From positions 1-53,960 of IMG/VR virus record IMGVR_UViG_3300032214_001699: a DNA stretch of 53,960 nucleotides; one strand, written 5' to 3'. The notes under the pieces were generated by a model, which was not told the DNA's origin, made no database searches, and saw nothing but the letters and a program-made list of their open reading frames with translations. The translations under genes and the position numbers were made by a program. The stretch comes from a virus. Lineage: Duplodnaviria; Caudoviricetes. This document shows, in pieces, positions 27,056 to 37,041 of this stretch (its first letter is position 1; every line of letters begins with the position of its first letter).

Positions 27056-29161
27056 CTATCTGGATGCAAAGCTTGTTGTGCTTTCTCCGTTAATTTTCTG
27101 AACTTCTATAATGTTGTCAAATCTCTCCTTCAGAGATTCATCGTGAGTGATAACCAGAATCTTATACTTTGATTCAAGAGACTTTATAACGTTTACAAAA
27201 AGAGTTTCTACGCCACTCTTATCTAAGGGAGAGTTTATCTCGTCAAGTAACAGGAATTCAAGTGATGAGCCGCCGTGATTGCTTGCCATCTCGCTGAGTG
27301 CTATCCTTAGTGCAAGCGCAATTCTAAACTGCTCTCCGCCACTTAGGGAGTAAAAGTTGCAAAGGGAACCATCCTTCTTCACATTAAGGTCTAGAGTTTC
27401 TACGACAGAAACTCCATCAGACCCTGCTCTTTGCGTCTCAAGGCAAATTACGAATGAATCACTTGAAATAGATTGTAGGATTTCGTTTGACTTCTTTTCA
27501 AGATCGGATATTACTACATCCAAGAGAATTGTCTGAATTCCATTCTTGCCAAACATTTTTGTCATTTTTTCAAATACAGCAACGCGGTCTTGCTTTTTTG
27601 CAAGGTTCTTCTGCTCCGAAGAAAGTGCTTCCTTTTTCAAGGTCAAGGTTGATGTCTTTTCCCTTAGTTTTCCAAGCTCGATACTTGAATTTAAGATGAA
27701 GGAGGATATTTCGGACAAATCTTCTTTTCTCTTTTTTAATTTAGAATTCAACATTTGAAAGTTTTCATTCTTCAGAGAACTCAATATGGTTTCGTCTTCG
27801 GATATCTTATTTTTTATTCCAATAAGCTTTTCATATAGCTCATCCTTATCTTTTTGGATTTGCTCTATATCCGACTTGATGGACTGAACCTTAAATGTCA
27901 GTATTGGAAGATTTGCGTTGTATGCATCCACCTTCTTTTTATCTTTCATCTGCTTTGAAAGATCTTCCATTGACTTTTCAAGATAAGTAACTCTATTTTC
28001 TGCGTTCTCCCTTTTATCTTTCAAAAACTGAATTTTTTGATCGTGCTCTGACTTAATTCTTGAGAAGTCCTCTGGGGATACTTTTTGATGACATGTGTAG
28101 CATTCTTCTTCTCGAATACTTATCTTCTCAAGTTCTTTCAACTTTTCTTTCGATGATTTCAGAATCGAACTATATTCATAAACCTCTGCCTTTACCTTTT
28201 CAACCTTTGACTCAAGATCCGGATCTATATTTATTAGAGATATATTCTTTTCGACATCTGATATCTCGGATTCTATTTTATTTTTCGAATTAGTTTTTTC
28301 ATCCAGGATAGAGATGTACCTATCGTACTTAACCTTGAGATCTTTTCCATTCGACTTTAGCGATACAATTTCCGCAGTAATTCTATCCCAACTATCAGTG
28401 TCGATGAGACTTTTTTCTTTCAAATATCTTTCGGATAGGGCCTCGACCTCTGCTTGCAGGGATGATTGCTCTGAGTTCTTATCGCGAATAAGCGTCTCCA
28501 GCCCCTCCATTTTAGAGTGGAATGGAGATAGCTCTTTGATTTCTTCGTTAAGCGAATCAATCTTTGTTTGCGTAACGATAAGATCATTTTGCGCTTCTTT
28601 TAGCTTCTTTTTGGAATCCTTTTCATAGGAATCCCATTTAGAAATATCTACAATGCTTTTTAGAATTTCTTTTTTTCTAGAAGCCTCTGATGTTGCAAAT
28701 TCAGAAATGTCATTCTGTCTGAAATAAGCAGAATTAACAAATGTTTTATAATCAAGCTTTATCGTGGAGCAAATCTTATCGTTTGTATCTCCAGACGTGG
28801 AGCCGGAAAGGCTGACCCACTTTCCCTGCTCATCGAGAGCGAAAAAGTCTACTGTGGATGTGGAGGTTGAGCGCAACCTTGTTCTTTTAACTCTATATGT
28901 TTTTGACTCATGTATAAAGTCAAATGTTACAGAGCATTTGTTCTCTCCCCAATGGATTACGTCATCCATCATTGATGCTCTTGATTTGTTAAATAAGCAC
29001 CAAAGAATTGATTCGAAAATTGCTGATTTTCCGGAACCGTTAGACTTAGAATAGTCTCCGTCTGTGCTACCAAGTAGAAGCGCAGAACTAAAGTCTTTAA
29101 AGTCAATCTCGGAAGACCGATGTGAAAAGAAGTTTTCCAAAACTAAAGATACTGGTTGCAT
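27056..29161 (-). CDS. sbcC: SbcC/Rad50/gp46-like SMC ATPase
   Basis: LENFFSH, Walker A NGSGKS, Q-loop, coiled coil with Zn hook CYTC, signature LSGGE, Walker B LLLDE, VITH. Confidence 0.95.
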   Translation of the reverse strand: MQPVSLVLENFFSHRSSEIDFKDFSSALLLGSTDGDYSKSNGSGKSAIFESILWCLFNKSRASMMDDVIHWGENKCSVTFDFIHESKTYRVKRTRLRSTSTSTVDFFALDEQGKWVSLSGSTSGDTNDKICSTIKLDYKTFVNSAYFRQNDISEFATSEASRKKEILKSIVDISKWDSYEKDSKKKLKEAQNDLIVTQTKIDSLNEEIKELSPFHSKMEGLETLIRDKNSEQSSLQAEVEALSERYLKEKSLIDTDSWDRITAEIVSLKSNGKDLKVKYDRYISILDEKTNSKNKIESEISDVEKNISLINIDPDLESKVEKVKAEVYEYSSILKSSKEKLKELEKISIREEECYTCHQKVSPEDFSRIKSEHDQKIQFLKDKRENAENRVTYLEKSMEDLSKQMKDKKKVDAYNANLPILTFKVQSIKSDIEQIQKDKDELYEKLIGIKNKISEDETILSSLKNENFQMLNSKLKKRKEDLSEISSFILNSSIELGKLREKTSTLTLKKEALSSEQKNLAKKQDRVAVFEKMTKMFGKNGIQTILLDVVISDLEKKSNEILQSISSDSFVICLETQRAGSDGVSVVETLDLNVKKDGSLCNFYSLSGGEQFRIALALRIALSEMASNHGGSSLEFLLLDEINSPLDKSGVETLFVNVIKSLESKYKILVITHDESLKERFDNIIEVQKINGESTTSFASR

Positions 29162-30324
29162 TATCCGATAATCCTCTTAGATTCTTCCAGCAGGAGCTTT
29201 AGCATGTCCGGCTCAAGATCCTGCATTTCAGCATAAGCCTTGAAAATATCATAATCATTTTTGTGACTCAATATATCTTGATTTTTTTCAGATTTTGTCT
29301 GAGATACATCGATTAGAATTTTGGTAAGTAGAAAGCAAGATCTTTCATGACAGAATCTTTCTATTTCATTTTTATTAATGACGCTCGATAGATTCTCTTT
29401 CACAAGAAGCTTTATCTTTATGATTTTATCCGAAAGCTCTTTCTCTGCTAAAAATGCTTTTGTTGACTCAAGATAATTTAAGGTTGTTGCCGATCTAAGA
29501 TCTATTTCAATGTCTTCAACTTCCCGTACTGGTGTTTTTACCGTTTTTATTTCTTTCGTATTAAAGTTAAAATCTATAAAATATTTATCTACTTTTGCTT
29601 CACCAAAGTTTGTCTTTTCGAGAGATCCTACATAGTAAGAGATTGGGTCTTTCTTTCGAACTAACGAGAACTCGTGAAGGTGACCCATAACAACAAGGTC
29701 TGACTTCTTTACAGAGTCAGGATAGAGAAGGACTTCTCCTCCTCCAAAATCAAAATAATTCCCTTTGAAGAAGAAGTTATGACCTACAGTTAGGGTGGGT
29801 ATCTTTGTATCTATATTTGAGAAGAGTGAGGAGATATGTGAGTTGAAACTTTCGACATACTCCTTTTGATTTGCTCCAGAGTACATCCTCTTATCTCTAT
29901 ATGGGACCATGAAAAGATTAGCTTTGTCACCATTTCTGTTTGTATAAACAATGTTTTCTGGCTCAAGAAGAAGTCTTACATTGGAATAATTTTTAGCAGG
30001 AAGAGATGAAATTGAGCTTGTGAAAGTCTCGCCCGTCTTTTTGTAATCATGATTTCCCATTATGATTACGGTAAAGATATGATTTTCGGATAATTTTTTT
30101 ATTGCACGATCGGCTATCTCAATCTGCTCTGGAGTCGGATTTCTAATCTCAAAAAGATCTCCGGTTTGAATGAAGATATCAGCCTCTGTCCTGATTGCAT
30201 AATCAACAATATAGTTTAGAGAGCGCTCATAATCATCAACCCTAGTATTTCCACCCATTCCGTTATTTTTACCCAATCCAAATATTGCTCCGATATGGGT
30301 GTCTCCACAGATTACAGCTCTCAT
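29161..30324 (-). CDS. sbcD: SbcD/Mre11/gp47-like metallophosphoesterase nuclease
   Basis: GDTHIG, TGDLFE, GNHD, GH, MGHLH, YVGS; coupled to sbcC. Confidence 0.93.
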   Translation of the reverse strand: MRAVICGDTHIGAIFGLGKNNGMGGNTRVDDYERSLNYIVDYAIRTEADIFIQTGDLFEIRNPTPEQIEIADRAIKKLSENHIFTVIIMGNHDYKKTGETFTSSISSLPAKNYSNVRLLLEPENIVYTNRNGDKANLFMVPYRDKRMYSGANQKEYVESFNSHISSLFSNIDTKIPTLTVGHNFFFKGNYFDFGGGEVLLYPDSVKKSDLVVMGHLHEFSLVRKKDPISYYVGSLEKTNFGEAKVDKYFIDFNFNTKEIKTVKTPVREVEDIEIDLRSATTLNYLESTKAFLAEKELSDKIIKIKLLVKENLSSVINKNEIERFCHERSCFLLTKILIDVSQTKSEKNQDILSHKNDYDIFKAYAEMQDLEPDMLKLLLEESKRIIG

Positions 30325-30854
30325 TTTGCACCAAATTTTTTCTTCATTTTTTCATTTAAAGAAGTTAGATATTTCGCATCATCCTTCTTTTTTTCAAAAA
30401 TTATCTCATCCAGCCTTTGGAGAAATCCACCTATGTCATTAAGCGCCTGTGGATTTTCGATCAAAAACTTTCTAATGATTTCGGAGTTTTGCATTAAAAT
30501 TGGAAAACATTCTCGCTTCTTCTCCACAACATCGGAATATTTCCCAGGAAATTTGACAAGTGCTTTTAGATCATTTAGGGCTTCCAGGAATTCTTTTTGG
30601 GAGCAGAGCATATAAAAGTCTATAACAGAGCTTCCTGCATTACATCCGTAACAAAAGAAATTATTTTCCCTGGAATTTATATAAAGAGACGATGTTCTCT
30701 CTCTTCCGTGCTTGTGACCTACGGATGGGCATCGGCACCTAAGATCAAAATTACCCGCAGAAGTTTTCTCCAATCCAATTGAAAAATTGCGAGCAATATC
30801 TGCGATCATGACCTGCTTTACAACATCATTTTTTGATGCCCTTAAATTTTCCAT
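30321..30854 (-). CDS. Stand-alone primase CHC2 zinc-binding domain protein
   Basis: CPSVGH..GRERTSSLYI...FFCYGCNAGSSVIDFYM....EFLEALNDL corresponds to the DnaG ZBD pattern CPFH.E.TPS...F.CFGC..GG.VI.F. Confidence 0.85.
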   Translation of the reverse strand: MENLRASKNDVVKQVMIADIARNFSIGLEKTSAGNFDLRCRCPSVGHKHGRERTSSLYINSRENNFFCYGCNAGSSVIDFYMLCSQKEFLEALNDLKALVKFPGKYSDVVEKKRECFPILMQNSEIIRKFLIENPQALNDIGGFLQRLDEIIFEKKKDDAKYLTSLNEKMKKKFGAK

Positions 30855-31897
30855 CTTGAGAGCCCAAAAACATCAAAAAAGTTTGCTGGCTTCTTCTTCT
30901 CTATAATCTGTGAAACGTCGCTAAACCACGGACTTCTAAATGTAATGTCCTGAGCACTGCATGGACTTGAGAAGATTGCGGATCCAACATCAGAAAGATT
31001 CTCTGCGCCGGCCTTATCTATAATAATTCTGCTTTCCATCGAGTTCGAAGTCCTTAGTGCAATTTTACCAGAAAACGAAGCCTTTACCAAGCCGGGAAAT
31101 ACTTTGGATGATGGCCTTTGTGTCGCCAGGATGAGCGAAATTCCGGCAGCTCTGCCCTTTTGAGCTAAGCTTACAACCCGGTCTGCAATGTCCGGGTCTG
31201 AAAGAACTATATCCGCCCACTCATCGACAACGAGGCATTCATATCTTTCGGAGGAATCCTTCTTGCTTCGGTATTCCTTTATGCCTGAGCATCCTGCTTT
31301 CTTATATTTTTCAAATCGATTGTTCATTAATTTTGTCATATAATCTAAAATCAGTCCAAGCTCTCTGTTGTTAACAGCGACAGTCATAACGCTCTTAATC
31401 CCAGAGTATTTTGAAAATTCAACAAGCTTCGGATCGCATAGATGAATGTTTGTGTCGGACTTTAGCATGGAAATTACAATCGAATGCAGCAACATACTCT
31501 TTCCAGAGCCAGGTACGCCACCAATTATAAGGTTTGGGATTGTGGATAAGTCCGGACAAAGTGTCGTTCCGTCCGCACTTACTCCAAGGAGAATTGGAAT
31601 TTCTCCGCAATTCTTTTCGGTAAAGTCTTCGAATTTTCTTGACTCTAGCGCCCTCTTTCTGAATTTGATTTTAAAACATCCAGACTCAAAGTCATAATAA
31701 CCAGTGGGTTCCTCTTTGACCTTTAGCATTAAACCTATTTGCTTCAGATTCTTTTCAAGTCTAGATATTTTAGAATCTATCGTCGGATAGACGGAAACAA
31801 TATCTAGAGATCCTGATTCTGAGAAAACCACCTTGTCTGGATTGATTTTTAGGGAGTCTACGAAACTATTGAATTCAGCTTGTTCATCGATATTCAA
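30842..31897 (-). CDS. FtsK/SpoIIIE-family ATPase (soluble; no membrane or gamma domain)
   Basis: PNLIIGGVPGSGKS, DPKLVEF, LVVDEWAD, LAQKGRAAGISLILATQRPS, SRIIIDKAGAENL. Confidence 0.9.
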   Translation of the reverse strand: MNIDEQAEFNSFVDSLKINPDKVVFSESGSLDIVSVYPTIDSKISRLEKNLKQIGLMLKVKEEPTGYYDFESGCFKIKFRKRALESRKFEDFTEKNCGEIPILLGVSADGTTLCPDLSTIPNLIIGGVPGSGKSMLLHSIVISMLKSDTNIHLCDPKLVEFSKYSGIKSVMTVAVNNRELGLILDYMTKLMNNRFEKYKKAGCSGIKEYRSKKDSSERYECLVVDEWADIVLSDPDIADRVVSLAQKGRAAGISLILATQRPSSKVFPGLVKASFSGKIALRTSNSMESRIIIDKAGAENLSDVGSAIFSSPCSAQDITFRSPWFSDVSQIIEKKKPANFFDVFGLSRWKI

Positions 31898-31908
31898 CTG
31901 TCACTCCG

Positions 31909-32259
31909 TCATTTTTTATGAGTTTTCAACTTCTTTATTTCGAGCTCTAGCTCTCTAACCCTGACTTCCATCTTGATGAATTCGTCTTTTAATTTTAGGG
32001 AAGTTCTGAAGTTCATAACAATCAGGCCAAAAAGACCCTCTCCGGGAAATACTTTATCTAGAGAGTCTGCAAATGATAACATCCTTGATAAAATTGACTT
32101 GATGTTGTTGTGGTACGCAGCCGTCTGGTTGTCGGGATGCGTTTTATCTGCCAAGATCTTTTTAAAGTCTTCAAGTGAAGAAGCGAATCTCGATCTTACT
32201 TCCTGGCTTTTTGATTCCAAAAAAGAAGAGCCCGATGGAATTTCTACATCGTCGTTCAT
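31909..32259 (-). CDS. Hypothetical protein
   Basis: Likely start MNDDVE at 32259 (GGAGG RBS, TAATG overlap). Confidence 0.7.
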   Translation of the reverse strand: MNDDVEIPSGSSFLESKSQEVRSRFASSLEDFKKILADKTHPDNQTAAYHNNIKSILSRMLSFADSLDKVFPGEGLFGLIVMNFRTSLKLKDEFIKMEVRVRELELEIKKLKTHKK

Positions 32260-32585
32260 TATACCTCCGGTATAAGTTGCAGAAAGACTCCGCAATCCTT
32301 ATGTAATTTGAAAAAATATTGAATTTTATTAACCTGATCTTCCGTAAAAAGATGAAAGTCTTTTTGAATTAAATTGATCACATTAAAAGCCTTGTTATGA
32401 TTAATTACTGGCGAATCAAATAGGCCCGCCGCCTTATCTAAAAAGTCTATCAGCTTGTCTACATCAGTCTCATTTGCCCTTATTTTGGCAAAATCCAAAA
32501 TAGAATTAGCGCATGAGTTGCAGTAGACAAAGCCTGACTTATCTGCATTTCCGTTGCAGCACAAATATAACTTTAGCTTGTTCAC
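32259..32585 (-). CDS. Hypothetical Cys/His-rich protein
   Basis: 108 aa; CC...CNSC...HKDC, possible Zn site. Confidence 0.65.
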   Translation of the reverse strand: MNKLKLYLCCNGNADKSGFVYCNSCANSILDFAKIRANETDVDKLIDFLDKAAGLFDSPVINHNKAFNVINLIQKDFHLFTEDQVNKIQYFFKLHKDCGVFLQLIPEV

Positions 32586-32607
32586 GACAATATTATGTTA
32601 CTTCAAC

Positions 32608-34563
32608 TTATTGCAATTCCGACCATGTTAATGAAATAAATACATCTGCGGCAACAGTTGTTTGTGCGACAAATGTTATTGTCTCTCCTGATTCGCAGTG
32701 TATACTCAGCTCTCTTAGTGACTCAACTATCGAACCATCCCTTGGAACTATAAAAGAATGTACGAGAACTCCTGGCGAGTACGTTGTTGCGGAACTATCA
32801 ATCTCGGCCAAAGATATTGTATTATCATAAGAAGAGAAGGAATAGTCGGTATTTAGTGTTCCGCCCTTATACATATATATTCTGACTGGCTTTGTTCCTG
32901 ATGTTACTGCGGCAGAAATGTTTTCAAGCTGCACTTGCCCATGAGCCACTCTATTGCTCAATATTTTTCCGGCACGAATAGAGAAGATTGGCTGTGCAGA
33001 TGTAACGCCAGTCTTCGACTGTATCGTTGAAAATCTAAGTGCAGATCTTGCGGGAATCCCATGTATAAATGATGCGCCGGATGCGCCACGAAGGTCTATG
33101 TTTGTTGAATCATTGCCAAAATTTCTAACCTGCCAGGAAATATATACGGCCGGATTATTTAGATTTGTTACCTGGTTTGAATTAGAATATCTTATGACAT
33201 GTACGGGATAGAATCTTCCAGAATAAGAATCTTCAATGGAAAAGAATATTGCTCCAAAGCCAAGATACTGAGCAACAATGCTATAAACATTTCCGTTCTG
33301 TGTAGCGAGAGTCATTCCCGAATACCCATCTCCGTTCATCACATCTATATTCCAATCTTGCTGAGCAATGAAAGTTTGATTTGGAGTTGAACCGGAAGTT
33401 ATCTCTGTAAATGTACCTGTGGTTCCAGTTGCCGCCGGATTAATGGAAAAAGAATCAACCGCATCTCTTGCCGTTCTCGATGTAAAATAAACTGCGGCAC
33501 CAGCAGAATAAACATCCCATCCGTATGCAACAGATGAAAAGTCGGCTTGCCCAATTTTTGCAGCAATTACAACAGCGGAGTCTCCATCCAAAATCCCTAT
33601 ATTTGCAGACGCTTCCCCATCAAGTGTAATAGTTATATTTCCACTTGCACTTGCTGCAGAATTAATAACCAGCCTCTGAATTTCCTGCCTTCCCTCATTC
33701 AGATGAAATATTCCAAACTGAGTTTCGTTATATCCGAAATAATAACCGCACTCTGGATTACCTACTCCAGCCATGGAACTGCTGTTAGCTGCACTATTAG
33801 TAAATCTTGCTGTAAACCGAGCCTCACTGGCTTGCCCAGGTCTATAGTGCATGGGAATTCTGATTCTCAGAAGGGCAGAAGAGTCTGGGTTCACTCCAGA
33901 TCTAATTCTAGCTTCAGTCGAGACAGAATCAATCGCTGGTGCGTTATATCTCTCTTCATACATCAGATAGTCATTGATTCCATACACAAAATTAAATTGA
34001 GAAATTGGAAATGGACTTACGGACATCATTTCGCCAAAACCGGAAAGTGGGGCCGATAAATCTACTTTTAAATTTCCGATTTTTGAACTTGGGTACTGAA
34101 TTTCATCATTTTGCTCTGTCATTGCCAAAAATGCTTTGGTAACAACAATATCATCGTTTGGATTAATGCCTTCGTTAGGATCAGATCTTAGTTGCTTTGG
34201 GCTATTAGTAAAAACCGTTTGAATCGTAGGATTTATAGATTCAACTGACTGATTTTGAAACCGTATTCTAAAATATTTTGCTATTGGCTTCGAGGAAGTA
34301 ACTCTTCCATCTTCAGTCCAGGAGGAAACTTGTTCAGAATATCTCTTAATTACATCAGTTCCATTTTGAGAAAATTCAAGATGAATTGTGCAGTTTGCAG
34401 AAAACGGATAGACCAAACTGGATAAATTATAGGAGACAACTATATCTCCAAAATACTCAAAAACCTCCTCCCAGGTTCCGAGGAATTGTCCGGAAGAAGC
34501 TATTGGAGAGGCGCTTGAATTTGACTCAGAAACTATAGAGTTTTTAATTGGAGTATAAGCCAT
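32608..34563 (-). CDS. Probable virion structural / tail-associated protein
   Basis: 651 aa; Ser/Thr/Gly/Asn-rich, beta-strand-like composition, low Lys; co-transcribed with fibre-like genes. Confidence 0.6.
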   Translation of the reverse strand: MAYTPIKNSIVSESNSSASPIASSGQFLGTWEEVFEYFGDIVVSYNLSSLVYPFSANCTIHLEFSQNGTDVIKRYSEQVSSWTEDGRVTSSKPIAKYFRIRFQNQSVESINPTIQTVFTNSPKQLRSDPNEGINPNDDIVVTKAFLAMTEQNDEIQYPSSKIGNLKVDLSAPLSGFGEMMSVSPFPISQFNFVYGINDYLMYEERYNAPAIDSVSTEARIRSGVNPDSSALLRIRIPMHYRPGQASEARFTARFTNSAANSSSMAGVGNPECGYYFGYNETQFGIFHLNEGRQEIQRLVINSAASASGNITITLDGEASANIGILDGDSAVVIAAKIGQADFSSVAYGWDVYSAGAAVYFTSRTARDAVDSFSINPAATGTTGTFTEITSGSTPNQTFIAQQDWNIDVMNGDGYSGMTLATQNGNVYSIVAQYLGFGAIFFSIEDSYSGRFYPVHVIRYSNSNQVTNLNNPAVYISWQVRNFGNDSTNIDLRGASGASFIHGIPARSALRFSTIQSKTGVTSAQPIFSIRAGKILSNRVAHGQVQLENISAAVTSGTKPVRIYMYKGGTLNTDYSFSSYDNTISLAEIDSSATTYSPGVLVHSFIVPRDGSIVESLRELSIHCESGETITFVAQTTVAADVFISLTWSELQ

Positions 34564-34572
34564 TGTAAAGTC

Positions 34573-35205
34573 CTAAATTATTGCATAACCGCTGGAGTAA
34601 GGTAAGAAGGATAGTGCTTGACTTGGTAGCAGATCTACGGATGCGCTCCCATCAATTAGATTTGGACTAGTTCTTGTTATTGTTACTATTCCAAGTCCAG
34701 AGTTTTTTATTGTAATTATTTTTCCGGAAGGCATTGTGGATGAGAGCGGTAGATAAAGAATTCCGGTTCCTTGACACAAAATAAACGTTTCGGTTGTAGC
34801 AGAATAAGGATAAGATGAAACCTGCTCAGTTGAAACATTCCTATATGAAAAAGAAATCTTCCAGACCAACGAATCATCAAAGACACCCATACTATCGCCT
34901 GGGTGCAGAATTCTGTTTGCCTGTCCATCAAGCGTTGTTGAGATCGTACATACTTGAGAGGAGCTATTTTTTATTATAACTAGCTTTCCATCCGTTCCGG
35001 CGGATGGCAAAACGACAACAGATTCCGTTGCTCCGATAAGATCAACTATCTTTTCAGTTCCATCCAAAACATATGTATATAATGGTAGAGCGCCATCATC
35101 AGTATCAACCGAAGTTGTCTGAAGCGCAATACCTTCCGCAACATTTAAACCGAAAGTTTCTATCAGGCCGTAGTACCCTGATGAATTATCTACCACAAGA
35201 GACAT
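34573..35205 (-). CDS. Tail-fibre-like protein with duplicated module
   Basis: Two copies of LP....GK...IKNS....TI....DG.....L.P, a module common in phage fibres. Confidence 0.6.
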   Translation of the reverse strand: MSLVVDNSSGYYGLIETFGLNVAEGIALQTTSVDTDDGALPLYTYVLDGTEKIVDLIGATESVVVLPSAGTDGKLVIIKNSSSQVCTISTTLDGQANRILHPGDSMGVFDDSLVWKISFSYRNVSTEQVSSYPYSATTETFILCQGTGILYLPLSSTMPSGKIITIKNSGLGIVTITRTSPNLIDGSASVDLLPSQALSFLPYSSGYAII

Positions 35206-35212
35206 GACTCAC

Positions 35213-36481
35213 CTAATATTTTAGCTTTGTTACTTTTACAGTGGCTGCCCATTTTGTATATCTTGGAACTGGAGAGCCCGTCGTTTTAACTCTTATCTGG
35301 AGTTCACCGGAGGAAAGGAAGAAATGAGCGTTGGCCCCACTCAATGATGGAGTTACATACAATGTCTCTTTTGACCCTGGATATATAATAGCGGAAGATG
35401 CCGAAGTTGTTTGCGGACCAAAGACGGTTGACTTTAATATGAATGATGCACCAATGTCTCTACCCTCTGTCTTGCATATGACGTGGGCCTCGACTAAATA
35501 GGCGCAATCTTGCTCTATTGAGAAATTTGGACCGCCAAGCGAGCCATCTGCGGTCATTATGCCATCAGCATAATCAAAGGATGCTTCCGGACCTTCGAAT
35601 CTCAGTGTGTATTGAGATGCCTGAGCATCGCCTACTTCCGAGAAATAACCTGATGATTGCGTAAGCTCGCCGTGCAACGTTGCTTTAGCGCCATAACCAA
35701 TAGCAAGTGAGTATGGGGATGATATGTAGTTCGATCTCCCAAAAGCTTCAGAATAAAGAGCTTGATTTGTTACTGTGTTATCTCTACCAAAAGATGAGGA
35801 GTAGTTTCCAGCAACATCATTCTCGTTTCCAGCAACTATAGTGTGAGAACCGGACGCCGTATTATTTCTTCCGAATGATACAGAGAAATTTCCTCGATTG
35901 GCCTCGTCCCACTGGTCATCATCTACACTTCCAGCTCTAAAAGCAGCTTTTGACTTATCAAAGAAGAGCCTTTCATCACCAGCACCGAAAGCATCTGCTA
36001 GGTCATCAAGCTGTGAAGATCCGACAACAAAGTCTAGACCATCTACAGAATACTCTGTATTTGTCTGTCTTATTGCATTATTAGAGCCTTCTTCGAAAGG
36101 CGATGATGTCGATGAGATTGCATCATATACGCTTGATAAATCCAGGTAATAATAGGTGTCTCCGTCAACAACCTCGTATTCTGGGATGGCGTTTCCTTGC
36201 GTTAAGAACTTACCAACATTATTTTTATAAACCGCAGAATCTTCAAGATTTGCATGTCTCAGTTTTCCAGTAACATGAGAAACGAGGTCTATCTTGCTGG
36301 CATGACCGTCGGACTTCTCTCCATCATGTACGTGACCAGCAACTCTTGGATCGGCAGGATCTAATGCATTTCCCTCCGAAGAACCATAAAGACCTCCGAA
36401 CCAAGAATTGGCAACATCAGCAGTAACTATCGTTGTTGCGCTAATATATTTAGTTAGCTTGTTAGAACTTGATATTGCCAT
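35213..36481 (-). CDS. Tail-fibre/adhesin-like protein with YadA-head-like repeats
   Basis: ~14-aa repeats: FSVSFGRNNTASG, HTIVAGNENDVAG, YSSSFGRDNTV, YSEAFGRSNYISS, YSLAIGYGAKA; N-terminal GHVHDG motif. Confidence 0.7.
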   Translation of the reverse strand: MAISSSNKLTKYISATTIVTADVANSWFGGLYGSSEGNALDPADPRVAGHVHDGEKSDGHASKIDLVSHVTGKLRHANLEDSAVYKNNVGKFLTQGNAIPEYEVVDGDTYYYLDLSSVYDAISSTSSPFEEGSNNAIRQTNTEYSVDGLDFVVGSSQLDDLADAFGAGDERLFFDKSKAAFRAGSVDDDQWDEANRGNFSVSFGRNNTASGSHTIVAGNENDVAGNYSSSFGRDNTVTNQALYSEAFGRSNYISSPYSLAIGYGAKATLHGELTQSSGYFSEVGDAQASQYTLRFEGPEASFDYADGIMTADGSLGGPNFSIEQDCAYLVEAHVICKTEGRDIGASFILKSTVFGPQTTSASSAIIYPGSKETLYVTPSLSGANAHFFLSSGELQIRVKTTGSPVPRYTKWAATVKVTKLKY

Positions 36482-36498
36482 TTATTCTTGTCTACCTA

Positions 36499-36783
36499 TT
36501 ATTCTATATCTTTTAATATATTCTTAATATAAATAGATGGTTTAAATTTAAGTGTCTTAAATTCATCCAAAACCATCTCTTCCTTGGTTTTTGGATTTCT
36601 TACAGGTCTTGGCTTTTGTTTGTACAAATAAAACTTTCCAAAGTTAACAATGGAAACTTCTCCGTCGCGCTTTAGCTCTTCTAAAATGAGATCGAAAAGA
36701 ATATCAACGACCTGAATCGATTCTTTTTGAGTTAGAAGCGTCTTATAAGATATCCTTTTAGCTAAAGCTTTCTTGTTTAGCAT
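36499..36783 (-). CDS. HU/IHF-family DNA-binding protein
   Basis: MLNKKAL...VSIVNFGKF...RPVRNPKTKEEM...LKFKPS. Confidence 0.93.
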   Translation of the reverse strand: MLNKKALAKRISYKTLLTQKESIQVVDILFDLILEELKRDGEVSIVNFGKFYLYKQKPRPVRNPKTKEEMVLDEFKTLKFKPSIYIKNILKDIE

Positions 36784-36817
36784 TAAAGCCTTCCTCTATA
36801 CAATAATATTAGTCTAT

Positions 36818-37027
36818 CTATATTAACTCATCATCAGAAAAAGATGTTTTCGGCAGAGAAGACTTTGATGAAATTTTTTCCAACTCAGATGAGTTTTTCT
36901 CAAAGTAATCAATCATTCGCTCCTTCTCGTCCTCCTCCATTAGATCGGGATCTAAGCCGTAGCCATAATATATTTTTTTTATCTTTTCCCAAATTTTACT
37001 TGTTACTTCTTCTTTTTTTTTGGCCAT
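36818..37027 (-). CDS. Hypothetical protein
   Basis: 69-aa ORF filling the gap in the operon. Confidence 0.6.
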   Translation of the reverse strand: MAKKKEEVTSKIWEKIKKIYYGYGLDPDLMEEDEKERMIDYFEKNSSELEKISSKSSLPKTSFSDDELI

Positions 37028-37041
37028 AAAAAGCTCTTAAC

